A stretch of DNA of 62,519 nt, counting the filler, from Trypethelium eluteriae (taxonomy: Eukaryota): the NCBI GenBank assembly GCA_051942245.1. It is 2 parts of 2 records of this genome, joined end to end, with 100 filler letters (N's around TTAATTAATTAA, not from the genome) between each part and the next. Parts side by side here need not be neighbours in the genome. Positions count along the whole stretch, not along the records: positions 31,366 to 62,519 come from JAVECL010000277.1; 1 more part is not named here. The stretch is one strand, 5' to 3'. Position 1 is the first letter of the stretch. Every line of letters begins with the position of its first letter. Under the pieces are notes generated by a model. That model did no database searches. It was not told the origin of the DNA and saw only the letters and a program-made list of their open reading frames with translations. Below are positions 34,401 through 45,695 of the stretch, in pieces. The translations under genes and the position numbers were made by a program.

Positions 34401-36169
34401 CACCGTGTTAAACGTCCGAGGATATTTCGATAAATTCCATTTGCAGCAGCTTTTGTTAGGGGGCTGGCATCTCCAGCGGATAAGCAGTCTTGTACGCATT
34501 TCATATACAAGGAGCCACATTTCGACGCCAGTCGCTTCGCCCAAATGCTTTGTAGCCGAAGTTTGAACTCGCCGAGGGTGTACTTTGACTTGAAAATCTC
34601 AATCAAAGGAGTCCATAGACCAATTTCCAATAAAACTAGCCCAAGTGCGTAAATGTCCAGCCGAGTACGCGGATCAATGTCTGTTCGAGCGTCATTTGAT
34701 GTTCCCTCTGGGTGTAGATATATATTTCGCGGTGACCACGATCGAGCTGGAGGAGCGTCGATGTCATAGTCGGAGAAAATGTCGAAAGCGGTAAGATAAG
34801 GGGACCGAACGTCGTATGAAACGCTCCTGTCACGACGCTGTTGCTCTTTCTTGAAGAAGATGAAGCTTGCACTATTGACATCGCCATGCACAATGTCCTT
34901 GTCGTGCATGCGTTTCAAGGTGGATGCCGCATTGAATGCCAGTCGAAATCGATCCTCCAGAGTCGGCTGGAAGAGTAACGTCACCGGCTTGTTGCCCTTA
35001 TTCTGGCCCAGTTGCAGTAACGAGAGGAGACTAGTCGGCCGGCGATCCGCATGAAAAGGGGTTGAAGCAGACACTCCTTTTTCGTTATTAGTTGTCTCGG
35101 CTATCTCAGGGACCTGATATACGAGGCCAATCCTGGAATGATGTGCATCCTCGAAATAGCCAATGAGTGAAAGCGTCCTAACCGCTTGAGATGGATTTGA
35201 CTTGAGATCTTGCAAGAGCGTGTTGATAAACTCTAGTCTTTGTAAAGGAGGTGGCACGCCAGTATCTCTATATATCGGGTCGAACGTAGCATATTCAACA
35301 AAGACCGCCTCGTTGACTTCTCGACTGGTCCATGGATTGATTAAAATGCGTTTCTGTTTGAGCTGACCGAGCAGCCTGACAGGTGGAACTAGTCCAACAT
35401 TATCTCCAACATATGGAGGAGGCTCTTCCCGAGGCAAGATAAGAGAATCCGGGTCTAGCTTTGAAGGGAGGCCTGTGGGCTCGCCGTGTCTGGGACTTAC
35501 ACCCTCAGGCGAGATGGCCGTCCGTGCGGTTATCGAAGTATTATGTGTGTTGACAAGCGTGAGTTGAGAGGAACTGAAAGATGAGGTGAGTGGATGTTTA
35601 CCAAGCACTCGGGATATTCCAAGAGGCAATGTAGATAGGTCTCGGTCCTTTCTTATAGGTTGATCGACAAGGGTTGAAGCGAGGCTGGCCTTTCTTGCGT
35701 GTGACAGATCGTATAATACATCAATAGATGTCGTCAGGTCTTTCACGAGGTCCTCATATCGCGATTTGTCGGCTGATGTCCAGGCGCGACTGTTGGTGTT
35801 CTCGGAATGGCCCTTCTCGAAAGATGGATATGTGGGAGCACGTCTTTTGCTGATATGCTCTGCTTCGTCCAGAACAGCTTTGATATTGCCTAGAACACTG
35901 GTCACAGCCTCGGTCAGCCCTGCGCGAGCGGCACTCTGGTCAATATTGCCTTGAGCGACAGCTTTATCGTCTTCCCCTTCAGTCCATTCCAGGCCCCAAG
36001 TCATCAACCGATCTTTCTGAATGCCATATTGACGATTTAAAGCAAGCAGTTCGGGGGCATTTTCGACGGGCGAACAACCACAGACTGCGTTGCACGACTT
36101 CTTGGTATCCGAGTAGAGCTTTGTGAGACGACTGGGGAACTGAGTACTCGGATTTCGCTGGCGCAGCAT
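31496..36169 (-). CDS. HeLo/HET-s N-terminal domain + protein-kinase-like (pseudokinase) domain + IQ-like motifs + trypsin-like serine protease domain
   Basis: N-terminal IQKDRLMTWGLEW...YEDLVKDLTTSIDVLYD is HeLo-like. Kinase-like motifs LEDRFRLA, IVHGDVNS, NIYLHPE, DIYALGLVLLEIGLW. Protease triad-like motifs MSVHHLL, EVDWALF, GRTSG, GDSGAWV. Probable in-frame intron 32116-32169. Confidence 0.85.
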   Translation of the reverse strand: MLRQRNPSTQFPSRLTKLYSDTKKSCNAVCGCSPVENAPELLALNRQYGIQKDRLMTWGLEWTEGEDDKAVAQGNIDQSAARAGLTEAVTSVLGNIKAVLDEAEHISKRRAPTYPSFEKGHSENTNSRAWTSADKSRYEDLVKDLTTSIDVLYDLSHARKASLASTLVDQPIRKDRDLSTLPLGISRVLGKHPLTSSFSSSQLTLVNTHNTSITARTAISPEGVSPRHGEPTGLPSKLDPDSLILPREEPPPYVGDNVGLVPPVRLLGQLKQKRILINPWTSREVNEAVFVEYATFDPIYRDTGVPPPLQRLEFINTLLQDLKSNPSQAVRTLSLIGYFEDAHHSRIGLVYQVPEIAETTNNEKGVSASTPFHADRRPTSLLSLLQLGQNKGNKPVTLLFQPTLEDRFRLAFNAASTLKRMHDKDIVHGDVNSASFIFFKKEQQRRDRSVSYDVRSPYLTAFDIFSDYDIDAPPARSWSPRNIYLHPEGTSNDARTDIDPRTRLDIYALGLVLLEIGLWTPLIEIFKSKYTLGEFKLRLQSIWAKRLASKCGSLYMKCVQDCLSAGDASPLTKAAANGIYRNILGRLTRCCVLDDSESQFEEDPPANPLHHAATHDGTTAPHRSSFENPPARPPLFSRHSGGYVSEKHDWNPFHMLRHPIESLHRPHTLSSIPSAASTLPLAYAGIASPPLTQEPTDMISERVEELQKELAQKEIAIEDLRRSYDAAVRSAEDHRRASSNSALHELEAHLHFKPSEIVHGAAKTIQNAWRNRMASVQPTVSTPQRSPTGVHRKGSLIQKHWRERQARRSETNIEPAQSRDLNENSLEDGGPPFAGPPPNILGQMTTEEPEVEEIPMQSAVKELVVTQISPREDHREKKKLRVFPVKLSPALLEQWHQRMGPQLIRIVERALKDSPETSSVDLLGIGDSQYTARPTIFITCSSVSKVKAAINRKFNYDRDVFDLKVRKGKIRRSHAKRRAPPVHRSMVNYNGDELQAEAANPCFHKRPLCGASIGAFRGEHLPPVSYGGVVVIDGKPYGMSVHHLLDPQSDTESEDDEQEFESPYDITVRSSAPYGEDSHLAHIGSAPSLLEVPDEAHPFEISDYSSEEEDLNGYFSDHSEISEFDPLEVPPRAPSLPGSLSELSESELDNAGDTLGVSPHDENRIPITQPALYDVPSEFFPSRDERDDEHLLSHKLGYVYASSGVRRVSDPHVQGLRHEVDWALFQLDPPRLQPYNVVQGGRRCYENADANGECELPKPTLVDPVSRSSGYHPKEDVYPMEICSATEAAGRKVCSFGRTSGLKLGQFGEAMGYVKIWGRKTFSTAWGVVGDFGGNLTNIIELLRKYTDFLTVGGDSGAWVIETTSGKVCGHVLAYCKEKGVAYICPMDILFDDMKHILGADKITLPSADEPELVDMAQQGEAQMLELDSVPGDGEVDDTEEGALEADDESEDAASWDDDEGTAVSDSNLRDAHLAKARSAINDEDPRRKKHSLRIDTPSAGGLGVHIQGLGITTESPPHKEEHVLAHRLRDISPPLDRTNAFMPQMVRSPISGGPIL

Positions 36170-37162
36170 CGCGAACAACGACCGGTCTCGTCAACGACAC
36201 GCCGTACCTTCGCACCTCTTTCTTGCAAAAGCTATACCAATGGCGATTGCATAGTAAGAAACATGCTGGAAAAAGAAAGAGAGGCCCCGAGTTTGAGAGC
36301 TGAGCTTCCAAACCATGGAAAAAGTGCTGCCTGGATCTGGGATTCTGGACACACAGCCACATCCATGAAGCCGCCGATCGTTCACCGGTCGTCTCCCAGC
36401 TCAACCGCCAATGACGCGCGTGCGCCTCGTGCGCCCTTCTCATCCCCATCTACTAATCTTACTCGACGGCCTTCCCGGTCCTACCCTTCAATGCAGCGGC
36501 GTTTCCGCATCTTCAATAAGTCCAGCTTGTTGGAGATGCACGTACGGAGTATGACACTATCCCGAGTAGCCGCACTCGAGCAGCCCACCACGCCCACCAA
36601 AGTCGAACCCGGCTACAAACATGGATTCCCTGGCGATGACACTTCGGGTTTGCAAGGCCTTCTGGCATTAGATCTCCAGGCCTCCGAACATTTCCGGCTT
36701 TCTCTGGCAGTAAAGCAATACTAGAAGATGTATTGTACTCTACATCGGATGAACTTGGCAACGGTAAAAATTCTTACCTTAGCAAGGTTCAACTTCCGGC
36801 GTGGCCATGAATATTTGTCTGGGCTGACGTGGCTGGTTTGCGGAATTAGAACATCGCAATTCCATATTTTCGTCGACATTTGGACGAGGCTGCGACCCCG
36901 AAAGTTGCCTGCACATATTTTCACAGCTGAATACAACGAGCAAAGTGCATTGGACAAGCGCCGTCAGTTGATGCCTAAGATCGCTGTTCTCATTTCTGGA
37001 GCAAAACCCCAACTGGCTGATCTTCACACCCCGACAGTAAATAAGATCTCCGCTCAAATTGCCGTATATTTCAATCAGCTCCGCTCTTTCTTAGTATCCC
37101 AGGAATTAGGGAGACTGCTTGTTTCTCTTCCGTCCAAGGTGATTCTTCAAGGTCTTGTAGAG

Positions 37163-37347
37163 TACCTTACCGCGGTTGGGGGTTTCCTCAACTGGTAATC
37201 AATACAATGTTATCTCAACTTGACTGTTGTGACCTTGTTGGCCCATGTTAACGCCGTCTTAATATGGGCCAACATGGTCATAAAAGTTAAACTGAGGTAA
37301 CATTGTGTTAATCACCAGTTGAGGAAGCCCCCCTCCGCAGTAAGGTA
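37163..37347. mobile_element. 185-bp imperfect inverted repeat, MITE-like foldback element
   Basis: Arms 37163-37251 and 37259-37347 (89 bp each) are imperfect reverse complements around a 7-nt loop (CGCCGTC). Both ends are TA, a possible target-site duplication. Confidence 0.7.
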
Positions 37348-37726
37348 TGTATCCAATCTCCAGCCCGTTTTGGCTGCGATCTCATCCCATTCCTTTTGTA
37401 GAGTATAATTGTGCATGCTTTTCAAATCTTCATCCCAAAATGTGTCTCCTTCAGAATAAGTAGAAATTGACCGCTGCCTCTCGAAGTAGATAATGGCCGT
37501 CACATTGTACTATGGCTTTTGACTGATTGTGAGCTTTCGCGGTGTCAGCGGATTGTTGAATAACCCAAGCCGATGTGATTGCTGAAGGGTGATGTGTTGA
37601 AAAGCCTACGTCGAGTTTCACGCAGCAAGCCGTGAGATATGCTTCACATAAAAAATTCCCCTCGCCATTCTACTCTCTTCCTTTGACCAATTACTTCGAT
37701 TCACTCACAATTTCTTGATTTTAACC

Positions 37727-38628
37727 ATGGCTAAAGATAATTTCCTCGCTAGCTTGCGAAGGTATGTCGCCATCATGGAGCTACAGAGGAGGCTAATCCA
37801 TTCACAGCTTGTTCAACCGACCTGAGTACTCCGACTTCACGGTCACATGCAATGGTCGCAAATGGAATGTCCACAAGCTCGTTCTCTGCACTCAATCCAA
37901 CTTCTTCGCGAAGGCTTGCCACGGCGCTTTCAAAGTATGTGAAAGAGCCCATCGGGCCAACTCTAATTGCTCTTCACTTAGAATACCGAGGTTCTTGTAC
38001 GGCCAACTGCTGATCTGGAGAACAGGAAGCGGAATCTGGTGATGTGGACCTGAAAGATGACCCTGATATCGTCAACGCCATGATTGAATTCTTTTATACA
38101 TTCGAATACAACGACAAGGAAGTTCCTGACGACGAACGTATGCCTTTCGCCATCCGTGCCTTTATCATTGCCGACAAACACGATATCGAGCCACTGAAGG
38201 AGCACGCAGCGAATCGCTTCCGGGTATTGACTGAGAAAGCACCTTGTGGGGACAGTTTCAGCCGTTCTGTGAAGCTTATCTATGAAAATACACTAGACAC
38301 TGGAACGCACGAGTCGAAGCTTCGCAGCATCGCCGTTGACTGTGTATGGGACAGGTACCGTGAGCTCATGGCCAGCGATGAGGGATTCAAGCAGGTTCTC
38401 GATAGTGTGGCCGGATTTGGCTCGGACTTGGTTGCATCTCAAATGAGGGAGTGTTCGGGGTTCCGCCCCTCTTCTAAGAGATTTCAGTGTCACTGTGTAA
38501 CCTGCGGGTTCACGTTTGACATACAGACACGAAGCCACGCGAGCCTTGCGCCAATTCCGATGTCCCAGGAAGATTGGGCCTGTCCGCATTGCGGCCGAAG
38601 AGATTTGGAAGACTACGGAAGCTATTAG
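37727..38628 (+). CDS. BTB/POZ domain protein with C-terminal CxxC..CxxC zinc-ribbon-like motif; 3 exons
   Basis: Exons 37727-37761, 37808-37934 and 38026-38628. YSDFTVTC, VHKLVLCTQSNFFAKAC..AFKEA, DDPDIVNAMIEFFYTFEY, IADKHDIEPLK; tail CVTCG...CPHCG. Confidence 0.92.
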
Positions 38629-39655
38629 GGGCTCGCTTGGCAGGATTGGCCGCACACTGTCACAAAAATTCCTCCATTCCCTCAAACCATCGAAAAGAAA
38701 AGTTTGAGCGACAGGTGGACAGTCAGCTGACAAGCCAACTTGTAAGCTAGAAGCCAAAGTACAAGTCTTGACCTATTTCAAGAGCTTATTGTTACGCAAA
38801 GTGATGAAATATAATGGCCCTCGATGGCATTCCTCTCAAAATTATTGAGCCCTCCTGTTCTCTCCCAGTGGAGGTACAAGGGCAATCTCTTAATCTTTAG
38901 CGCAAGCCTGGATTTGTTGGAAGACATCAAGCCAATTCGCATTGTTTGTGTGCTTCATATCTCAATTCTGTCTTCTTTCATTGAGCTTGACTATTGATTT
39001 AAAAGAGCTAGTTCCTCTGGTGCTGCGGGTTGCCCGGACACTTTTATCCTAGTATCGTACATTGGGGAAGGACTGTAAGTTGAAGACACGTAGCCTTAGC
39101 TAAGTTCTTGTCCAGCAAGACTTCAATCAACATTCTCAATGTTTTGCCAGAGAACTCATCCTTCGCATGTATTCCTACTTCATATGCCGCAGCACCAGCT
39201 TCGACGTAGCATTCGGCCATCTCAGCACCTCTCGCTTTTATGATGGTACTGTACTGTACGACGATCAATAGAATGGCAATAGCCAAAGGTCAGCGATAAA
39301 GTATTAAATTCTGAGTTCTGGAAAGAATGTGATGTGACATTGACGGATGGATCTGATCCCGAGTACGTCTATGCGGATCATGACTTCGCATTTTTTATCA
39401 AGACTGGGGTAACACGAGGTATCTTCAGTCGCTCTCTGATTGATATTGATCGCAGGGGGAAGAGATAAGCGTAGTGCTGGGGACTTTGGGTATATTATAT
39501 AAGTGTCGTCATTTCTTTATATAGAATATCGTAGAGACATGGCTTCCTAATCTCTGACCTATTACCTTTTCACAGCATTAACCCAAAATTTTGGAGTTCT
39601 CAGACTCCGCAACACCCTGCAATAGCACACCATATCGACAATTACAGCTACTTCA

Positions 39656-41110
39656 TTAGTCGTTCTCGGCTTCCTCAGATCGTGACCATGCCGTTCCCGT
39701 ACTTCCCGGGAAATACCCTTGCTCCAGATGTATCGGTTGTAAGGTCGAGTCGCTTGCTTCGCGTTTGATTTTGGCCGTATTTGCAGAGCTCGAGCCGAGG
39801 CGGTAATGTGAAGAAGATTTTGTTGACCGGCTTTGAGACCAAGAACTGTGGAAGGCTTTCAACGCCTGAGCCACTGTTGGCATGCAGCATATCATGACTC
39901 CTGCAGTCATTTCGACAATTCTAGAAGTGTAGCGTAAGGAAATGTTTTCTACGGTATGGAGTAAGGGCGTTCTACTTACGATGTAATCCAAGCAGGAATA
40001 AGATCCCAGGTGGTATCACTGCGGTACTCGAGGGTGACTTGATAGTACAGACCAAGCGTACTAGCGATTAAGCCCCTGTCAATAGTGAGTGGAATAGATC
40101 GAATAGAAACGAGCGCTTGACTACCTACAGAATACCAGTGAGAAACATCGCAGATACTCCTAGCTTTCTCTTGAATGGCATATGCAATGACCACACGGCT
40201 GGAAGTGGCAGTAAAATTAGGAAGACGTCCGTTGCTAGGTGTCCTGCTCGATTGGAGATGGCCATCCCAATATCATGGTTCTGACATCGAGGAGCTAGAA
40301 GCGCGTTGAAGTAGTCCATCTGGGAGTGGCCATGCAAGGGCGAGCATAGTATAGCGAAAGCAATTGTGATTCCAAAGAAATACAATCCGCTAATCAATAT
40401 ACCGCATATTGCCGTGATACGTAGCCACCTAAACGGACTAAATAGTTCCAGGTAAAGGACAAAGACTGATAGCTTTACAAGCCACAATGCAGGTCCACTC
40501 AGGCACGTTGAGATGACAAGGAGCTATAAGGAGGGTTAGAATCTTTGATCATGATGCCTTTTTGGTGCATTCATCGACTGGTAATAGACGTACTACGAGA
40601 TGAGCCTTGGATTGCGATGTGAGCGCCTGTGCCACAGAGACATCCCAAGAGTGATACCCATAAAATCTCCCAACGCTCACTATTTGACCAGATTCAGTAC
40701 TCAAGCTAGATTTTAAGGATGACGAGAAATACTAACGGCCAATCACTATCGTCGTGTAAGCAAGTGTGCCAATCTGATGGTAGACGTTAGTTTGAAGCTT
40801 GAAAACCGTTTCAATTTTCATACCACTCCAAGTAGACACGTCACTAGCAGCATCATCAGTACTAAGGACTTCATCCATTTGAGGTCGTCCTGCGGTGTGA
40901 CTTACGGTCATCCCAAGTTCGGTGCTTGATCACTCTCCGTTTGGCGAAGTATCGTGCAGAAGCGAACAACAATACCAAGACTAGACAGACACCGGCTACG
41001 ATATAGAGCTGGTAGATTCGGTTTGCAGCATTGTCGCTGAAGTCCGAAGTTTGACCCAATGGCGGCGGAGCGTATGGTTGATTCAATTCAGCAGACATTG
41101 CATCTGCCAT
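39656..41110 (-). CDS. Pth11-like / fungal rhodopsin-domain integral membrane protein (no CFEM); 7 exons
   Basis: APPPLGQTSDF, R.FAK, WDDLTCLLG, G.HSWDV, WLVKLSVFVLYLELF, TDVFLILLPLPAVWSLHMPFKRKLGV..MF.TG, VEMTAGVMICCMP. All six introns I modelled have GT..AG ends. Confidence 0.9.
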
Positions 41111-43256
41111 GCTGCGGTTGTAGTAGGATGAACCAGCTGATCTGGATAATTTATTCGTCGTAGGAATCTTGGGTAGCTGACGAAAGAGTGGGAAGAGCTA
41201 TCATCTCTCAATCAAGACGGCCAGAGCAATTCTGTGCTTCTTGCGTCTTGCATAATTTTACGGCACTCGTTGCTAGATATCAAGCAAGAGGGGTGCTCTA
41301 ACCATTTCCTTCGCATAAGCGAAGCACGCTTTTCATAGAGGTATCTTTTCCAACGACTAGCGTCGATCAAGCTGCCAGTTGTTGTCTCAGATGCTACATA
41401 GATCTGGTTGCTCCGTTCGGCAATTCTAAGCACGCTAACAGTGCTAACCGTGCCTCAACGGGTCTGAGGTTATTGAATAATCTTCAGACAGATAGTGCCA
41501 TAATTGTGTCATTGACAATGAACAACACGCAGGCATATGCTATCAGCAACCTGAAACCGATTTGCAGAAAAAGTACAGCACTTGGAACCCTTCTTTGACT
41601 GAGATCGATATGACGAGCTTTGCACCTTTGGGTGGTTGGTTGAGGAGGCTCTCGGCTCTCTTTGACGCAGTATGCACACGTGCTGCAAGCTGGGACCAGG
41701 AGCGGCCCGATTCACGTTCCCTGCATTGGCCCCTTCATCGGCAAGCGGCTGTCATTTGGAGTAGATTGCAGAACCTGTCAGCAAGTAACTGCATTCTGAA
41801 TGGTCTCAGGCGCTACAGTTTTGATCTTTGCATGACGAACATGGTAGAGTGCAAAAGGCACGCCATTCAACTCACCCTAGGGTGCTAGGCTCGGCAGCAT
41901 GAGTTGGTGGCTGTCTCATAGACTGAGGATGTGAACGAGCAGCCATGCACGTCATTGAGCTGAATCAGCATGTTCTAGCTGGATTAGCTGTTGAGTTGGT
42001 GGGACTGGATACAGATCGAACCATATGGTCTCTGTGTGCATGAGCAAGACACTCGTGAGAACGCGATGTCGGGAGTATGGGGGGCTTGCAATATCTTCGC
42101 TAGGACTGCAGTAGGTACGTTTAGAATATCTCTCTGTAAACACGTTGCTGTTGCATAAGTAGAGACTGCGGAACCGTAGTAAAAAGCGTGCCGTTGCGTC
42201 AGAGAGCTCCCATGAAAGAGTTACATGGAAACCCCCTGCCGTGAGCGTCGATGAAAGGGGAAAAGGCAAGTGGTCCAAGCATCACCGCGCCGTAGCATTT
42301 CGCTTTAGAGTAGCGTACCTTACCACTGCCATCTCCCTTCGCTCCCAAAAATTGATGAAGTCCACATTTTGGAATTGCTCAGCGCTACGAAACAACTTCT
42401 GGGCTTCGAAGAGTCCATAGGAAAGGAGTGTGTGGCATTTTGGAAGATGCGCGTCATTGGTGAGGATCTCCTTTGGGGGCGGATTTCGGAGCGAAGACTG
42501 AATAATTAATTGATGCGCTCAGTGTTCAGCTTGAGAATTTGAATTCGCATAATCCGATCAGACCACCATCTTCAATTGTTCGATGACGCTTCAACATCTG
42601 TTAGCGATCGTGCAGTCTACGATCGTTTGTTGGCGATCTTGCAGTCTACGATCACTTGTTGGTGGCGCTACCTAGGTACCTTCTCAGATTACACACATTG
42701 CAAGCACGCCATGCCATGTGGTAGAAGGCGATCTTTGGTCGAATGTGCCGTGCAACACATTGTCAATGATTTATCAGCCAAGGTCTTGATGCAGCTTGGA
42801 ATTAGGGATGAGCGGCGATGTCAAATGCTGTATGTGCTCCGGAGAGCGCAATCGAGCCCTTCCGTGCCTGCCTACGTTAGACCATAGCATCTCTGTCAAT
42901 CTCTACTCCGTACCGCTATTTGCACTAGCACTCACAATGTTGACTAAGGTATGTCTCGAGCCCAAGCGTAGGTAATGAACCATTCAGCCCCATTGCGTCA
43001 TTTCTTACAGTAGCTTCAGCTCCACTTTCGTGCCGTCCCGCATCCACTAACGTACGATTCCATTCTGAGACTTTGCCTGGAACATGACATAGTCGACATG
43101 ATACCGGCCCCTCCGTCGGACAACCAAGACGTTGCAGAGAGGCACTGCTTATTCGAATAGTACAACGATAGCCAGCATATATTGGCCAACGGATAGGTTA
43201 CGTGCTTGTGTATACTCACTAAGGCCCTTCTCAAGCAGACTGTTGAGGAATTGAAC

Positions 43257-44934
43257 ATGGCGTCGATACAAGAGCCTCCTTCGGTAAAAACTACAATCCC
43301 CTACGTGGGCCATCTTTTCGGCATTATGCAAAGCAAGTTCAATTACTTTGCGGAGCTGAGGCAAGTTTTTCGAACACTGGGCAAAGTTATCCTTAGTATC
43401 GTATCTGGGATGAAGCGCAAGCCTGACATTGTCCAAAGATCCTACAGATAATCACCAGATATCTTTACTGACCTTTGCCCAGCCACAAAAATCCGTACGA
43501 AATTTTCACAGTGAACATGCCCGGCCAAAAGATGTACATTGTAGCAAGCCCTAAGCTTATCCAAGCTATCGAAAAACATCCGAAAACCCTCGCATACCTA
43601 CCTATAGAGGCGAAGTTCGTAGGCCGTGTGTGCGGTATAAGCACAGCTGCACAGAATATCATTGAGAAAAACAGCAACGGAGAAGAAGACTTAGGAATGT
43701 TGCACAACGTACATGCTGCAATAAGAGCTCCACTCGCGCCTGGCGCTGAGCTTGATTCTATGAATCGGATTATGATCCAAAATATAGCCACTTCGTTGAA
43801 TGGTCTTATACCCAGTGGAGAAAGCCGTATTCACATCAAACTCGTTGAATGGCTTCGCCATTGTGTCACGACTGCTACAACGAATTCTGTATATGGTCCC
43901 CCAAACCCTTTCAAAGACCGCGAGATAGCAGATGCTTTCTGGTAAATACAAGTCATGAGACTCTGTTTTGGTTGAGTTATTACTAATTATCTGCAAGGGA
44001 ATTTGAAAGAAATATATTCTCCCTCGTGATGGGCGTCCTGCCTTCAATAACGGCACGCAGCGGTATAGCTGCCCGAGCTAAGGTCAGTAAAGCCTTTGAG
44101 CAATACTTCAAAGATGGCAGCCATACACAAGGTTCCATTCTGGTTAGCGATAAATATAAAGCAGCTCTCAACAATGGGGTTTCTATTGAGGACTGGGCTC
44201 CCTATGAAGTGGGCAGTGCCCTCGCCATTCTAGTTAACACCACCCCTACTGTGTTCTGGATGATCTTCTTAGTATTCTCAGATCCAGAACTGCTCGCAGA
44301 TCTCCGTACGGAGATAGAGTCAGTAATGACGACTTCAACAGAGAACGGCATTGTCCGAAATCTTGATATTACGCAGCTCAAACAGAACTGCCCACTGCTA
44401 AGCTCTACCCTTCAGGAAGTCCTACGATACAGGTCTGTGGCAGCGTCAATACGACAGGTTATGGAGGATACAGTTCTCAACGATACGTGGTTGCTGAAGA
44501 AGGACAGTATCCTCCAAATGCCAAGCCGTATTATTCATACCACGAAAGCAATATGGGGTGATGATGTAGAAGAATTCAACGCACGACGTTTCCTAAAGGA
44601 ATACGTGCCCAAAAATGTCAAGAAGCCTAGCGCGACTGCCTTTAGGGCTTTTGGAGGTGGTACGACCCTTTGCCCCGGTCGCCACTTTGCTACCACTGAG
44701 GTCTTGGCTATTGCCACAATGTTTATAATGAGGTACGACATAGCTCCACTTACTGGCAAGTGGTCTCTACCAACGGTGGACAGTACCAATATGACGTCGG
44801 CTATTATGACACCTGACAACGACGTCGAGGTTGAAGTCAGCTTAAGAAAGGGCTACGAAGAGGGCGAGTGGGCATTTGGCCTGAAGGATTCGGAGAAGGT
44901 CTTCGCGATGGACGCCGAAGACGAAGGAAACTGA
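43257..44934 (+). CDS. Cytochrome P450 (CYP7/8-like fungal family); 3 exons
   Basis: Exons 43257-43360, 43483-43941 and 43998-44934. EPP..IPYVGHL, VYGPPNPF, I-helix ILVNTTPT, QEVLR, FGGGTTLCPGRHFA. The first intron (43361-43482) has a GC donor. Confidence 0.9.
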
Positions 44935-45695
44935 TTCAACGTGTATAGATGGTCAGAGCCTCGCTTTATTTATCCAAGAGCGTTCTCCCCCTTCCATCGA
45001 AGGAATAATCATACTCTCCAATCCACATCTCTCCATTATTGGTATGAGGATTATGTCTAACAATATGAGAATGTCTACATGGTGTAGACTGGCTTCGGAA
45101 GAGCTAGAAGGTATACAATAATAGATGCAAACAAGTTGTAAGGTAGTTCGCTGGTCTTTGAAGAAAGCTATGAGGGCCCAAAACTGAGTCATTGTCAGGG
45201 GACTCTGGCTCTGCTTGGACTGCTTAGACTACTCATGATGAACATGAAGAAGTTACACACGGGTGAGACTGCCAAAATAGATAGGACCGATTCTGGCTAG
45301 GTCCTCCATTCCTGCCTCCGATACCGTAAAAACTCAGGAATGCTCAGGATAGCACAGCCACAACCCAGGGTAAAGACACACTACTCAGGTTTGTGAGCAA
45401 AAGCAAAAACCGAGGAGCGCGGCTACCACGTGTGAGTATTCTGGCATCTTCCCTTCAAACAAGCGGTCGGGTAGGTGCATGCTCATCCAAGGGAATCAGC
45501 TATAGCGGTGGACACCTTAAGGTGTGATCGCTCGAATGAAGAAGCATCTCACTTTCTTTCTCCTCACTCCCTGGCAGTCTGGTGTACAAAACCGACATAA
45601 TCCTTCCTTCTGGGTTTTAGAGATATCGCTTGTCGTTTGAAGCCCCGAAGTCTTTTGATCATCAATCCTGTTTTGCACTTGGTAGCGTCATCACG

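Noticed and set aside
36728..37503. Convergent ORFs both ending YLTAxGGFLNW
   Set aside because: Produced by reading into the two arms of the inverted repeat.
24599..44934. Secondary-metabolite cluster around the P450s, with SF3B1 as a self-resistance gene
   Set aside because: There is no PKS, NRPS or terpene synthase in the window, the two P450s are about 17 kb apart across a gap, and the SF3B1 drug-pocket motifs look unchanged.
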